Source: Hyphomicrobium sp. (GTDB lineage Bacteria > Pseudomonadota > Alphaproteobacteria > Rhizobiales > Hyphomicrobiaceae). From it: 64,000 nucleotides of DNA. The notes under the pieces were generated by a model, which had not been told where the DNA came from, made no database searches, and saw only the letters and a program-made list of their open reading frames with translations. The stretch lies in contig JABFRT010000008.1 of the NCBI GenBank assembly GCA_013141015.1, positions 8,637 through 72,636 of the forward strand, in the 5' to 3' direction. A program made the position numbers and the translations under genes. Position 1 is the stretch's first letter, and each line of letters starts with the position of its first letter. Below are positions 20,108-29,190 of the stretch, one piece after another.

Positions 20108-20593
20108 TTATGGCTTCGGCGCCGGTTTGGCGGACTTCATATCTTCGATTACCTTCTGGCTGTATTTCATGCCGATCACCGACCCCTTCTGCATCAAGGC
20201 GGGCGTCATGGTGATAAACTTTGCGCCGGTTCCGGAGCGGTAAAAGTCGGCCACGGTCTTCATTTCTTCAGCCGTGAACGTCTCGGCATAAAGGGCTGCG
20301 AAATCCTTGAGCATGTCTTCTTTGTAGCCCATGAATTTTGCCATCGCGCCGTCAAATTCAGCACTGAGCTTCTTGCCGGTTTCGGTCGTGTCGGCATTCG
20401 CGCCCGAAGCGAAGCCCTTTTTCATCACCTCCATCATGCCGTCGAGCTGCTTGGTGACGCCGGTCACGTCCATCAAATCGCGGGCGGCGGCAAGGCGCGC
20501 CGGGTCGCCTGCCGGTTTGGCGTCTTCAGCAAAAGCCGGCATCGCCAACGCAAGTGCTGCGGCCAGTAGAACGTTGCGGATCATCAGTTTCAT
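20108..20593 (-). CDS. DUF2059 domain-containing periplasmic protein
   Basis: 161 aa. Signal peptide [22 protein letters not shown]. The [21 protein letters not shown] pattern is typical of DUF2059. Its start overlaps the rpiA stop (ATGA). Confidence 0.6.
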   Translation of the reverse strand: MKLMIRNVLLAAALALAMPAFAEDAKPAGDPARLAAARDLMDVTGVTKQLDGMMEVMKKGFASGANADTTETGKKLSAEFDGAMAKFMGYKEDMLKDFAALYAETFTAEEMKTVADFYRSGTGAKFITMTPALMQKGSVIGMKYSQKVIEDMKSAKPAPKP

Positions 20594-21318
20594 ACAAGCG
20601 TCTCCACGTTGAAATCGGGGTCTTCGTTGGACAGAACTTCAATCCCCATCGGGCCAGCAATAATGGCGAGGTCGGCAATGCCGATGAACAAGCCATTTTC
20701 GACAACGCCGGGGATCAACCGCAACGCATCTTCAAGTGCGTCTGCGTCTTCGATCGATTCGAATGCGCAATCGACGATGTAGTTGCCGTTATCAGTGACA
20801 AACGGTTTGCCACCCGCGCCTTGACGAAGCGTGATTGGCCCCTCGCTGCCGCAATCGGCCGACAGGCTTTCGATCATGTCTTTGGTCGCATTGAGGCCAA
20901 ACGGCACGACTTCAACGGGCAGCGGGAATTTGCCGAGCGTTTCGACACGCTTGGTATGATCGGCAATGATAATCACGCGCTGCGAGGCGACCGCCACGAT
21001 CTTTTCGCGCAGCAGCGCGCCACCGCCACCCTTGATCAGCCGCAGCTCAGCATCGATTTCGTCGGCGCCATCAACCGTCAGATCAAGAAACGGCGTTTCA
21101 TCGAGCGTCGAGAGCGGAATGCCAAGCGCTGCCGCTTGCGCGCGCGTCGCTTCCGATGTCGGCACGCACACGACGTCCAACCCCTCTTTGACCTTGGTGC
21201 CCAGCATTTCGACGAACTTCGCCGCCGTCGAACCTGTGCCAAGGCCAAGCTTCATGCCGGGCTCAACGTGTTGCATAGCCGCTTCCGCCGCCTGCCGCTT
21301 CCAATCGTCCGCGCTCAT
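20590..21318 (-). CDS. rpiA: Ribose-5-phosphate isomerase A
   Basis: 242 aa. [10 protein letters not shown] and [13 protein letters not shown] motifs. Confidence 0.9.
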   Translation of the reverse strand: MSADDWKRQAAEAAMQHVEPGMKLGLGTGSTAAKFVEMLGTKVKEGLDVVCVPTSEATRAQAAALGIPLSTLDETPFLDLTVDGADEIDAELRLIKGGGGALLREKIVAVASQRVIIIADHTKRVETLGKFPLPVEVVPFGLNATKDMIESLSADCGSEGPITLRQGAGGKPFVTDNGNYIVDCAFESIEDADALEDALRLIPGVVENGLFIGIADLAIIAGPMGIEVLSNEDPDFNVETLV

Positions 21319-21521
21319 AATATGGGCCCCCTCGCTTCATGTTTCAGCGTAATATCATTCAGCGCACCACAATACGCTTAGTCCGCCGTTCGTAGCGTGC
21401 GCAAGGTCTACGCCGGTGCCCGCCGCGGTTCAACCCAACACGGCGCCTGGCGCTTAACATGGCGCCTCCGTGACAGTCGGGCGCGTGGCGGCTTGCTCAA
21501 ATTCCGGTCATCAGAGGGCTT

Positions 21522-22199
21522 ATGAACACCTGGACCCTGGTTTTTGACCTCGACGGCACGCTGGTCGATACCGCACCCGACTTGGCGGCATCGACCAATC
21601 ACGTGTTACGCAGATTGGGCCTCTCCTCCGTAGCCGAAGGTGATATCCGCCCGTTTGTCGGACATGGCGCGCTGGTGATGGTGGAGCGCGCCGCCGCTGC
21701 TCAAGGCCGCGCTCTTGCGCAACAAGAGCTTTATGACCTGTTTGACGTTTTCATCACCCACTACACCGCCAACATATCGGCGCACAGTAAACCCTATGCC
21801 GATGTCATAAGCGTCTTGAAGCGTTACCAAGATCGGGGCGCGCGGTTGGCTGTGTGCACCAACAAGATCGAGGCCCATGCCCGCGCACTGTTGGAGGCAC
21901 TCGACATGACAAAGTATTTTGCGGCCATCATAGGGCGCGACACTCTTGGCATTTTCAAACCCGATCCCGGCCACCTGACGGGCACGATCACCTTGGCTGG
22001 TGGAGACCGCCGCCGCGCGCTTATGGTCGGCGATAGCGAAACCGATATCCGCACCGCCAAGGCCGCCAACATCGCCGTTGTTGCGGTTGATTTCGGCTAC
22101 AGCGTCGAGCCGGTCGCAAGCTTTAACCCCGACGCAGTCATCAGCCACTATCGTGACTTTGAACGCGCAGCCGCGCGCCTGATGTCACAGTGCGCGTGA
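21522..22199 (+). CDS. gph: HAD-family phosphoglycolate phosphatase
   Basis: 225 aa. HAD motif I FDLDGTLVDT and motif IV MVGDSETD. Confidence 0.75.
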   Translation: MNTWTLVFDLDGTLVDTAPDLAASTNHVLRRLGLSSVAEGDIRPFVGHGALVMVERAAAAQGRALAQQELYDLFDVFITHYTANISAHSKPYADVISVLKRYQDRGARLAVCTNKIEAHARALLEALDMTKYFAAIIGRDTLGIFKPDPGHLTGTITLAGGDRRRALMVGDSETDIRTAKAANIAVVAVDFGYSVEPVASFNPDAVISHYRDFERAAARLMSQCA

Positions 22200-22212
22200 A
22201 CGCTTTGGTCCG

Positions 22213-22590
22213 TCAATACGTCAGCACCTTGCTTTCACCTGTCATAATCTCTTCGATAAAGTGCGCAGCACCCACCACACCCGCGCATTCCGGGATGAGG
22301 TCTTCCTTGTGCATGCCGAACAGATCGAGGCCCGGAGAACAGCAGAAGAATTTGACGCCTGCTCCATGAGCTTCCTTGATGAAGTCATAGACGGTGCGGG
22401 TATCGATCGATTTGACCTTCAAGGTTTCGGCAACGCCTTTTTTTAAAAGCTTGGCTGCCGTTGATGTGCAAATGACTTCAACCTCGTAGCCCATCGCCGC
22501 TGCAACGGAGGCTTGGAAAATCGGCGCGCCGAGTTCCTCGCCGTTGCGCGGATCGGTGTTGGCCATGATGATGATCAGTTTCTTAGACAA
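22213..22590 (-). CDS. DsrE/DsrF-like family protein
   Basis: Track ORF extends to 22725, but that would overlap the MMPL gene. A TTG at 22590 preceded by GGAG gives (M)SKKLIIIMANTDPRNGEELGAPIFQASVAAAMGYEVEVICT..., about 125 aa with a DsrE-like layout. Confidence 0.6.
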   Translation of the reverse strand: MSKKLIIIMANTDPRNGEELGAPIFQASVAAAMGYEVEVICTSTAAKLLKKGVAETLKVKSIDTRTVYDFIKEAHGAGVKFFCCSPGLDLFGMHKEDLIPECAGVVGAAHFIEEIMTGESKVLTY

Positions 22591-22657
22591 GGGCAATTCT
22601 CCGCATAGCTTGAACGCCAAGTTACCGCGCAAGCAGGTCCTGCCGCAATGTTCCTGA

Positions 22658-25033
22658 TCAGTGCTGGCGCGAAATATAGCGGCGATAGACGAGGATAGTC
22701 GCCGGCAGGAACACCAGATCGGCAATCAGCGACGCAAGCAGCGTCACGCCGCAAACCAAGCCGAACGTCCGCAATGACGGAAGATCGGAGAACACAGTTA
22801 CGCCGAGCCCGAACGCCAGCACGATGGTCGTTAGAATGATTGCCGGGCCAACCAGCACGCGTGCGCGGCGAATCGCGGCTTCCGGCGACCCTCCCGCTTG
22901 CTCTTCCAGCCGCAAGCGATTCAAAAAATGAATCAGCGCATCGACGCCAAGACCAAACACGACGAGCAAAGCGACAACGGATGAGAACTCAAGCCCGCCA
23001 TCCTTGAACCACAGCATCGCCCCCGACGTAACCACCGGAAACAGGCCCGGTAGCAGGCTGATGATACCGACGAACACCGACCGGAACGCAATCGCCAGCA
23101 AAATCGCGGCAACCAGCACGCATAGCGGCAGGCTTTCATTCAACTGGCTGATCATGCGGTGGCTGTTGCGCGCCGCCAGCGCCGGAAGACCCGTCACCGA
23201 GATTTCGTATTCCGGATGAATGGCCCGCACTGGATCAAGCGCGTGATCGACCTTTTCGACCAACGGCAAAATCTGACTGGCATCGATATCTGGCAGGCGT
23301 CCAGTAACGAGCACTGCATCTTCTTCAGCGGCAATAAAACGGCGGACCAGATGCTGCGGCAGCAGCGCCACGTACTTCTTGACCGTGTCGATGCTGTCAT
23401 CGCCATTTTCGCGAAGCCAGCGGCGCAGACTTTCCAGCGACCAGACATTGCCAAGACCTGCGGCCTTTTCAAGAGCCAGATGCGTGGCCTCTATCACCGC
23501 CAGAGGTGCCGGGTCGTAGAGCTTGGTGCCGTCTTTCCAGCGGATCATAACGTGGAATGGATTGGCACCCGTCAGCTTCTGATCGATGCGCCCTGACGCA
23601 TCCAGCGCCTGCTCACGGTCCGGCACCTGATCGGCGAGCCGGTAGCGCGGCTCCAGTTGCAGATGCAGAAAAGAGAACAGCGCGAACAACGAAAGCCCGA
23701 GCACCGTATAGGCCACCGGATGGCGAACCACACGATCAACAATTGAACCGACAAACGTGCCGAGTTTGTCCATCATGCCGTCGGCCGGCGTGCGATCCCG
23801 GGCAAGCTTGCCTTCGTTGCGAATGAACAGAATGGCGAGCAGCGGCAGCACTACAATAACGGCCACGAACGAAATACAGGTTGCCATAGCGCCGGCCTGG
23901 CCGAAGGTGCGGATCAGGCCCGATTCAGAGAACAGCAAGGCGAGGAACGAAAGCAACGCCGCCCCGTGGGCCAGCACGCAGGCCGGTCCGACGATTTGCA
24001 CCGCGAATTTCACCGCGTCGAACTTCGTGTCGCCTTCGCGCAGGCGGATGCGGATAGCGGACACCATTTGCATGCTGTCGGCAAAGCCCATCACCATGAT
24101 CAGCGGCGTCATCACATTGAGGAACAAATTTAGCTTGAAATCCATCCAGCCCAGCAGGCCGAGCGACCACGCAACCGCAATCACCGGCGGCAAGGCCGCA
24201 ACCAGCATCAGCGAGACGCGGCGGAAAAAAATCGCCGCTATGATTGCGCCAAACAGCAGGCCCAAGCCATTGTAGAGCAGCTGATCGCGCTCAACGGCGT
24301 TGCGGATTTCAAGTTGCATCACCGGCGCGCCTGCCAGTTTGACACTGAGGCCAGCGGCAGAGAGTTCCTTTTCCGCCGCTTCCTTGATGCCGCTGATCAC
24401 GGTCTTCGCCGACTGTTCCGCGACAGCATTGCGGTCAAGCGACAGCACGATCAGCGCCAGTTCGCCGTCATCCGACAAAAACTTGCCCTTGACGATGTCG
24501 TTGGATTTGATCGCCGCAATCAGGCTCGCGAAGCCCGCGCCATCGGGCAATTCCTCCGGCACAACGGGTGAGGCGTATCCCTTGTCGTCCGGCTTGTTGC
24601 GCGCCGACAACATGGAGACCAGCCCATTGACGCCGTCGGCCAGCTGCAATTCGCTTGTCGCCCCGGCAAATGCGGTCAGCCCTTCGCGCGTCAGAAGTTT
24701 CTTGCCTTCGACCACGACCAGCACATCATATTCGCTCGACGGAAACCGCCTGTCGATTTCCTCGTAGGTGCGAAACTCAGGCGTGTTGGTGCGAAACAGT
24801 TCAGCGAGACTATCGTCAACCTTGAGACGCAGCAGGCCCGCCACCGCCAGCGCCGTGATCAGCGCGACCGCAATCGCCGACAGGACCGGCGCCTTGAGCG
24901 CTGCCAGCCCGAGCCGGTCGACGCCGAACGAAAATGGATGCGAGCCTGACTGCTCCCCGGCCACGAAAATTTGCCTCCCCGGCATCCCCGAAATGTTCCG
25001 GTTCGCGCATTCGCACCCCGGAATCGTCGTCAT
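22658..25033 (-). CDS. MMPL/RND-superfamily transporter (HpnN-like layout)
   Basis: 791 aa, two bundles of about 6 TM helices each preceded by a large soluble loop. The start may be M17 (24985). Confidence 0.7.
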   Translation of the reverse strand: MTTIPGCECANRNISGMPGRQIFVAGEQSGSHPFSFGVDRLGLAALKAPVLSAIAVALITALAVAGLLRLKVDDSLAELFRTNTPEFRTYEEIDRRFPSSEYDVLVVVEGKKLLTREGLTAFAGATSELQLADGVNGLVSMLSARNKPDDKGYASPVVPEELPDGAGFASLIAAIKSNDIVKGKFLSDDGELALIVLSLDRNAVAEQSAKTVISGIKEAAEKELSAAGLSVKLAGAPVMQLEIRNAVERDQLLYNGLGLLFGAIIAAIFFRRVSLMLVAALPPVIAVAWSLGLLGWMDFKLNLFLNVMTPLIMVMGFADSMQMVSAIRIRLREGDTKFDAVKFAVQIVGPACVLAHGAALLSFLALLFSESGLIRTFGQAGAMATCISFVAVIVVLPLLAILFIRNEGKLARDRTPADGMMDKLGTFVGSIVDRVVRHPVAYTVLGLSLFALFSFLHLQLEPRYRLADQVPDREQALDASGRIDQKLTGANPFHVMIRWKDGTKLYDPAPLAVIEATHLALEKAAGLGNVWSLESLRRWLRENGDDSIDTVKKYVALLPQHLVRRFIAAEEDAVLVTGRLPDIDASQILPLVEKVDHALDPVRAIHPEYEISVTGLPALAARNSHRMISQLNESLPLCVLVAAILLAIAFRSVFVGIISLLPGLFPVVTSGAMLWFKDGGLEFSSVVALLVVFGLGVDALIHFLNRLRLEEQAGGSPEAAIRRARVLVGPAIILTTIVLAFGLGVTVFSDLPSLRTFGLVCGVTLLASLIADLVFLPATILVYRRYISRQH

Positions 25034-25170
25034 AAAGCGCGCGACCGTCGCATTCTAGGCCGGACCGCGCAAGTGGTCCGGTCCAGCCGGCCTGAGCCTC
25101 AGACGTAAGGGTTGAGCGGCGGCCGGACTTGCCCTAGAGGGTTGCTGATACCTTTGCTCCTTGAGGACCC

Positions 25171-25410
25171 ATGAGTTTGCCGAAGCCCGACATGACGCTC
25201 GACACCTCGGGGCTGTCCTGCCCAATCCCGATCCTCAAAGCCAAGAAGGCGCTATCTGCGATGGCGCCTGGCGCAACACTGCAGGTTGTTGCCACCGATC
25301 CGGCCGCGCCCAAAGACTTCGTGGCGTTCTGCAAAGCGACCGGCAATGTGCTGATCGAGAGCGTTACGCGTGGCGATACATTCGTGTTCCTCATCCAGCG
25401 CACGGGCTGA
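25171..25410 (+). CDS. TusA/SirA-family sulfurtransferase
   Basis: 79 aa. Conserved LDTSGLSCPIPILKAKKAL (CPxP active-site motif). Confidence 0.85.
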   Translation: MSLPKPDMTLDTSGLSCPIPILKAKKALSAMAPGATLQVVATDPAAPKDFVAFCKATGNVLIESVTRGDTFVFLIQRTG

Positions 25411-25494
25411 TACTTTGCCGGAATTGACGCCCGACTCTCGCCCCGATGTTCAACTATCGCTGGCGGTCAGCGACAACACTTTGAGGGGAATGCG

Positions 25495-26478
25495 ATGACG
25501 CTCAGCTATAAAGCCGTGGCAGCAGTGGCGGCACTGTTTGTGCAAAGCCTCACTGGGATTGCTGTCATGGAGCTCGGAGCAACGGCGGCACTCGCCAAGA
25601 CGTTGCAGGTTCCTTCCACCCGCATCACACTCGATGTCCCCGATGGCTTCGCCCCCTCCAAGCAATTTCCGGGCTTCATAAACGAGAACACGGGAGCCTC
25701 GATCGTCACCGTCGAAATGCCGGCCGCAGCATTCGCCGATTTCAAGAAGGCCGATTTTGCGAGCAAACTTGCCTCCAACGGTTTTGCCAACGTCAAGCCC
25801 GGCCAACTGCAATTGGCAGTCGAGCATATTTATGCCACCGCCGAACAGGCGACGGCGGCCGGCGCCTTCTCCAAGTTTCTGTTGATCTTTGCCGACGAAA
25901 AGACGACCGCGATGTTGACCGTCAATGTTCCCAAATCAGACGTCGCATCGGGCAAAACCAAGACCGCCACGATCGAAGCAATGCTTGCAACCGCACGGTT
26001 GGCCGCAGCGCCGTCAGCCGCACTGCCTCAACCGTTCACACTTGGCTATCTCGGGCCCTTCAAGGCCGCCGGCGTGATGGGCAATGCGGTTCTCTATACA
26101 CTCGACGGGAAAATGGCCCCAGATAAACCGGACCCGGGCCGCGCGGTGTTCGCGCTTGCGCCGTCAATCGATAAAACCGAAATCAAGGACGTGGGGCTGA
26201 CCAGCAAGGCCGCGCTCGCGTCCATGTTCGATGTTGATGCGGGTAAGATCTCGCACCAAGGCACGATTACGGTCGATGGTCTCCAGGGCTATGAAATCGA
26301 AATTGAAGCGCCCCGCAAGCCGTCAGGCCCACCCGCCTCGGCCTATCAGATCATTCTGAAGACGGCGGGCGGTGGCTATGTGCGCATGATCGGCACTGCG
26401 GACACTGGTGAAGGCCGGGCGCTCGTCGCTGAATTCCGCAAGATGGCCGCCAGCATGAAGGCCGCTCCATCTAAATAA
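25495..26478 (+). CDS. Hypothetical secreted protein
   Basis: 327-aa ORF with a signal-like N-terminus. No family recognised. Confidence 0.5.
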   Translation: MTLSYKAVAAVAALFVQSLTGIAVMELGATAALAKTLQVPSTRITLDVPDGFAPSKQFPGFINENTGASIVTVEMPAAAFADFKKADFASKLASNGFANVKPGQLQLAVEHIYATAEQATAAGAFSKFLLIFADEKTTAMLTVNVPKSDVASGKTKTATIEAMLATARLAAAPSAALPQPFTLGYLGPFKAAGVMGNAVLYTLDGKMAPDKPDPGRAVFALAPSIDKTEIKDVGLTSKAALASMFDVDAGKISHQGTITVDGLQGYEIEIEAPRKPSGPPASAYQIILKTAGGGYVRMIGTADTGEGRALVAEFRKMAASMKAAPSK

Positions 26479-26581
26479 TGGGGCTAAATAATGGGGCTAA
26501 ATCATAGGCAATGCGGGCAAGCGGCGGCCGCTTCCGGACTTGGGCGGCACCGCCCCCGTCAGGAAGCCGCAAGTGGCCCGC

Positions 26582-26611
26582 TTGACAGATACATCCCTCG
26601 CCACCCATAAG
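26582..26611 (+). promoter_or_regulatory. Possible sigma70-type promoter of tRNA-Val
   Basis: TTGACA at 26582-26587, an 18-nt spacer, then CATAAG at 26606-26611, about 15 nt upstream of the mature tRNA 5' end. Confidence 0.35.
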
Positions 26612-26626
26612 GTCGCTTCCCAAATC

Positions 26627-26701
26627 GGGCGGTTAGCTCAGCGGTAGAGCACACGCTTCACACGCGTGGGGTCATAGGTTCAATCCCTATACCGCCCACC
26701 A
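26627..26701 (+). tRNA. tRNA-Val (anticodon CAC)
   Basis: Hand-folded cloverleaf. Acceptor GGGCGGT/ACCGCCC, D arm GCTC..GAGC, anticodon stem CACGC/GCGTG with loop TTCACAC, T arm ATAGG TTCAATC CCTAT, encoded CCA. Confidence 0.9.
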
Positions 26702-27192
26702 TTTCAGCAACAAAAAACAATGCGGTACGAAGGTGCGGGATTCGCAGGCGACCTTCGCAAGTCTCGCTGGGAAGCACCAAAACCGCAAATATTCTCGCTA
26801 CCGGCTTGCAACGGCTTTGATTAAAATTTTCCAGCCGAGCGACCGCACCATAGCGCGTCACTGAGAGACCGACGCTGAAATAGCATGGCAAGCGCCGACA
26901 ACGTCACATCCGCCACTATCCGTTCGTGCCTCTTCCTCATAACACGGAGCCCTCTTCGTACTTGAAAAAAGCCGGCCTCCCTAGCAGGGTTCTGCTCCCT
27001 GAGCACCGTTGCCATCGGCGCGACGACGCGATCGGTGGCGCTGCAGGCAGGGTCTTGCTGCATATGAGCGTAAATGCCCGTCGGGTGCTGGTGGCATGGC
27101 GCCAAAGTGCGCCGGTCATTCGTCCGGCGAAAAGACGTGAATGTACCACTTTGCTCGTGTAAGAATTCTCAAGACGTGCAGCGATTGGAGGA

Positions 27193-27519
27193 ATGGTCAT
27201 CAAACGCGGCATATCTGCCAAAGCAACGTATCAAAAGCTGCCGCGGATTGTGCGCTTTCTCGCAGGGCACATGGCCTTCGGCCTCGCGGTTGGGACGGCG
27301 TTTGCGTCCGCACTGGTCATGACCAATGCTGGCGGGCTTAAAGACCTGATCGCGGGCGACGGCCACCCGTATCTTGCGATGTTTGTGTTGCACTTTATGT
27401 TTGCGCTGACCTTCGCCAGTGTGGCGATGGGTGTGGGTGTAATGACCATGCACAAGTCAAAGACACCCGGAACCGGTTCAGACAAGCCCAGCTCTGGCTC
27501 CGATCACTCTGACAAGTGA
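27193..27519 (+). CDS. Hypothetical small membrane protein
   Basis: 108 aa with two hydrophobic helices and a Ser/Gly/Lys-rich tail. No family recognised. Confidence 0.4.
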   Translation: MVIKRGISAKATYQKLPRIVRFLAGHMAFGLAVGTAFASALVMTNAGGLKDLIAGDGHPYLAMFVLHFMFALTFASVAMGVGVMTMHKSKTPGTGSDKPSSGSDHSDK

Positions 27520-27550
27520 AGCAATGATATTTTGCGCGCGCCGGCGCGGC

Positions 27551-27751
27551 TTAGAACGCGCAGCCGGACGGAACCCCAAGCTTCTTCAGGATGACCGCCA
27601 GCGGGCAGAACCCAGTAAACGCCGACTGTAAAAGATTGAGCCCGACAAACGCGGTCAGCCCCAGCCAATAGGGGTGGACGAAGTGGGCGAGCGCCAAGCT
27701 TATGAGAATCATAACCCCGGCAAATGCAAACACGGCGCGATCAATGGTCAT
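27551..27751 (-). CDS. DUF2892 (YgaP-like transmembrane domain) protein
   Basis: 66 aa. [17 protein letters not shown]...[22 protein letters not shown] is typical of DUF2892. It lies downstream of the ArsR-family gene. Confidence 0.75.
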   Translation of the reverse strand: MTIDRAVFAFAGVMILISLALAHFVHPYWLGLTAFVGLNLLQSAFTGFCPLAVILKKLGVPSGCAF

Positions 27752-27777
27752 TGTTCCGGCTCCAAATTCTTCGATAT

Positions 27778-28080
27778 TTATTTTTCGGGCGCACAGAACT
27801 GGCTGTGCAGCGTGGCCATCAGGCGCCTGACGCGCTTATCGGACAACGCATAATAGATCGTTTGCGCCTCACGGCGCGTGGTCACCACTTCGTGCTCGCG
27901 CAGCTTGGCGAGATGTTGCGACAACGCCGATTGGCTGAGCGGCACAACGGCTTCCAATTCCGACACTGAGCGCTCGCCGCCGTTCAATTCGCACAGAATG
28001 AGCAGCCGGTGGCTGTTCGCCAGAACCTTCAACAGGTCTGCGACTTCTTCACTCCGGCTCGTCAGTTCTTGTATATTCAT
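27778..28080 (-). CDS. ArsR/SmtB-family repressor, BigR/SqrR-like two-cysteine (persulfide-sensing) type
   Basis: 100 aa. wHTH segment [25 protein letters not shown]. It has only two Cys, C30 and C96, 66 residues apart. Confidence 0.7.
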   Translation of the reverse strand: MNIQELTSRSEEVADLLKVLANSHRLLILCELNGGERSVSELEAVVPLSQSALSQHLAKLREHEVVTTRREAQTIYYALSDKRVRRLMATLHSQFCAPEK

Positions 28081-28173
28081 GCCAACTAAATTAGATGTTG
28101 CTTATATTCATGTCAAGCCTCACGGCGTGCCACACGTGGCAAGTGGGCTGAAATTATCGTTGGAGATCGGGTC

Positions 28174-29190
28174 ATGCGCTTCGGCCTTGCAGTTGTTTTA
28201 CAGGCGGTTCTCGGGCTTGCCGGCGTTGAGCCAGCCCGCGCCGGTAGCCCCCCCGCAACGCCGGTGTTTTCGGTCGCCGTCGAACAAATCGACGATTTGA
28301 AGTCTGTCTACGCGATGGTGCGCAGCAAGGATTTGATCGAAGCCCGCGTGCGCACGCCGGGCACGGTCGCCAAATTGAACGTCGATGAAGGGACGCCCGT
28401 TGAACCAGGTCAAGTCCTGGCCCTGGTCGCCGATCCCAAGATCGCTCTCAAAATCAAATCTATCGATGCGCAAATTCTGGCCATCAAATCGCGGCTGGAA
28501 ACTGCGAAAACAGAACTGGAACGCTCAGAGACTTTGAAATCGAAAGGCGTGTCGCCTCAAGCGCGCGTTGATCAGGCCCAAACCGCGTTCGATGTGGCAA
28601 CAAATGATCTGAAGGCCACGCAAGCGGAACGCTCGGTTGTGATGACGCAAATCGAAGAGGGCCAAGTGCTCGCACCGGCGGCCGGCCGGGTTTTGAAAGT
28701 GCCTGTCACCGAAGGCAGCGTTGTCTTGCCCGGCGAAAGCATCGCAACCATTGCAGCCAACGTTTATCTATTGCGGCTTGAGCTTCCTGAACGCTTGGCG
28801 CAATTCATGAAATCCGGCGATACCGTGCGGCTCGGGGAACGCGGCATGAGCGCTGGCGCCAAACCGCTCAACACCGGACGCATCGTTCAGGTCTACCCCG
28901 AATTGCAGAATGGCCGGGTAATCGCCGATGCCGAGGTTCCGGGGCTTGGCAGCTATTTCGTCGGCGAGCGCGTGCTGGTCTGGATTTCAGCTGGCAAACG
29001 CGACACCTACATCGTTCCCCGCAGCTATGTGTTCAAACGCTTCGGCTTGGACTACGTGCGCCTTGCCGGACGTGGTGAGGCCCCGGCTTCCGACGCTGTC
29101 GTGCAACTTGGCCGAGCGGTCTCGGCCGACGCCGAAAAGATCGAAATCCTGGCTGGCGTCAAAGCCGGTGACGTTCTGGTGCAGCCATGA
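28174..29190 (+). CDS. Efflux RND transporter periplasmic adaptor (HlyD/MFP family)
   Basis: 338 aa. Signal peptide, lipoyl-like and coiled-coil segments. A 4-nt overlap with the downstream RND permease gene. Confidence 0.85.
   Translation: MRFGLAVVLQAVLGLAGVEPARAGSPPATPVFSVAVEQIDDLKSVYAMVRSKDLIEARVRTPGTVAKLNVDEGTPVEPGQVLALVADPKIALKIKSIDAQILAIKSRLETAKTELERSETLKSKGVSPQARVDQAQTAFDVATNDLKATQAERSVVMTQIEEGQVLAPAAGRVLKVPVTEGSVVLPGESIATIAANVYLLRLELPERLAQFMKSGDTVRLGERGMSAGAKPLNTGRIVQVYPELQNGRVIADAEVPGLGSYFVGERVLVWISAGKRDTYIVPRSYVFKRFGLDYVRLAGRGEAPASDAVVQLGRAVSADAEKIEILAGVKAGDVLVQP

Noticed and set aside
26658-27190. Possible integrated element or att remnant downstream of tRNA-Val, and ORF 26658..26891 on the minus strand
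   Set aside because: No integrase is present and I could not see a repeat of the tRNA 3' end. The ORF is antisense to the tRNA itself. The ~490-bp gap may hold an sRNA, but I could not support one from sequence alone.
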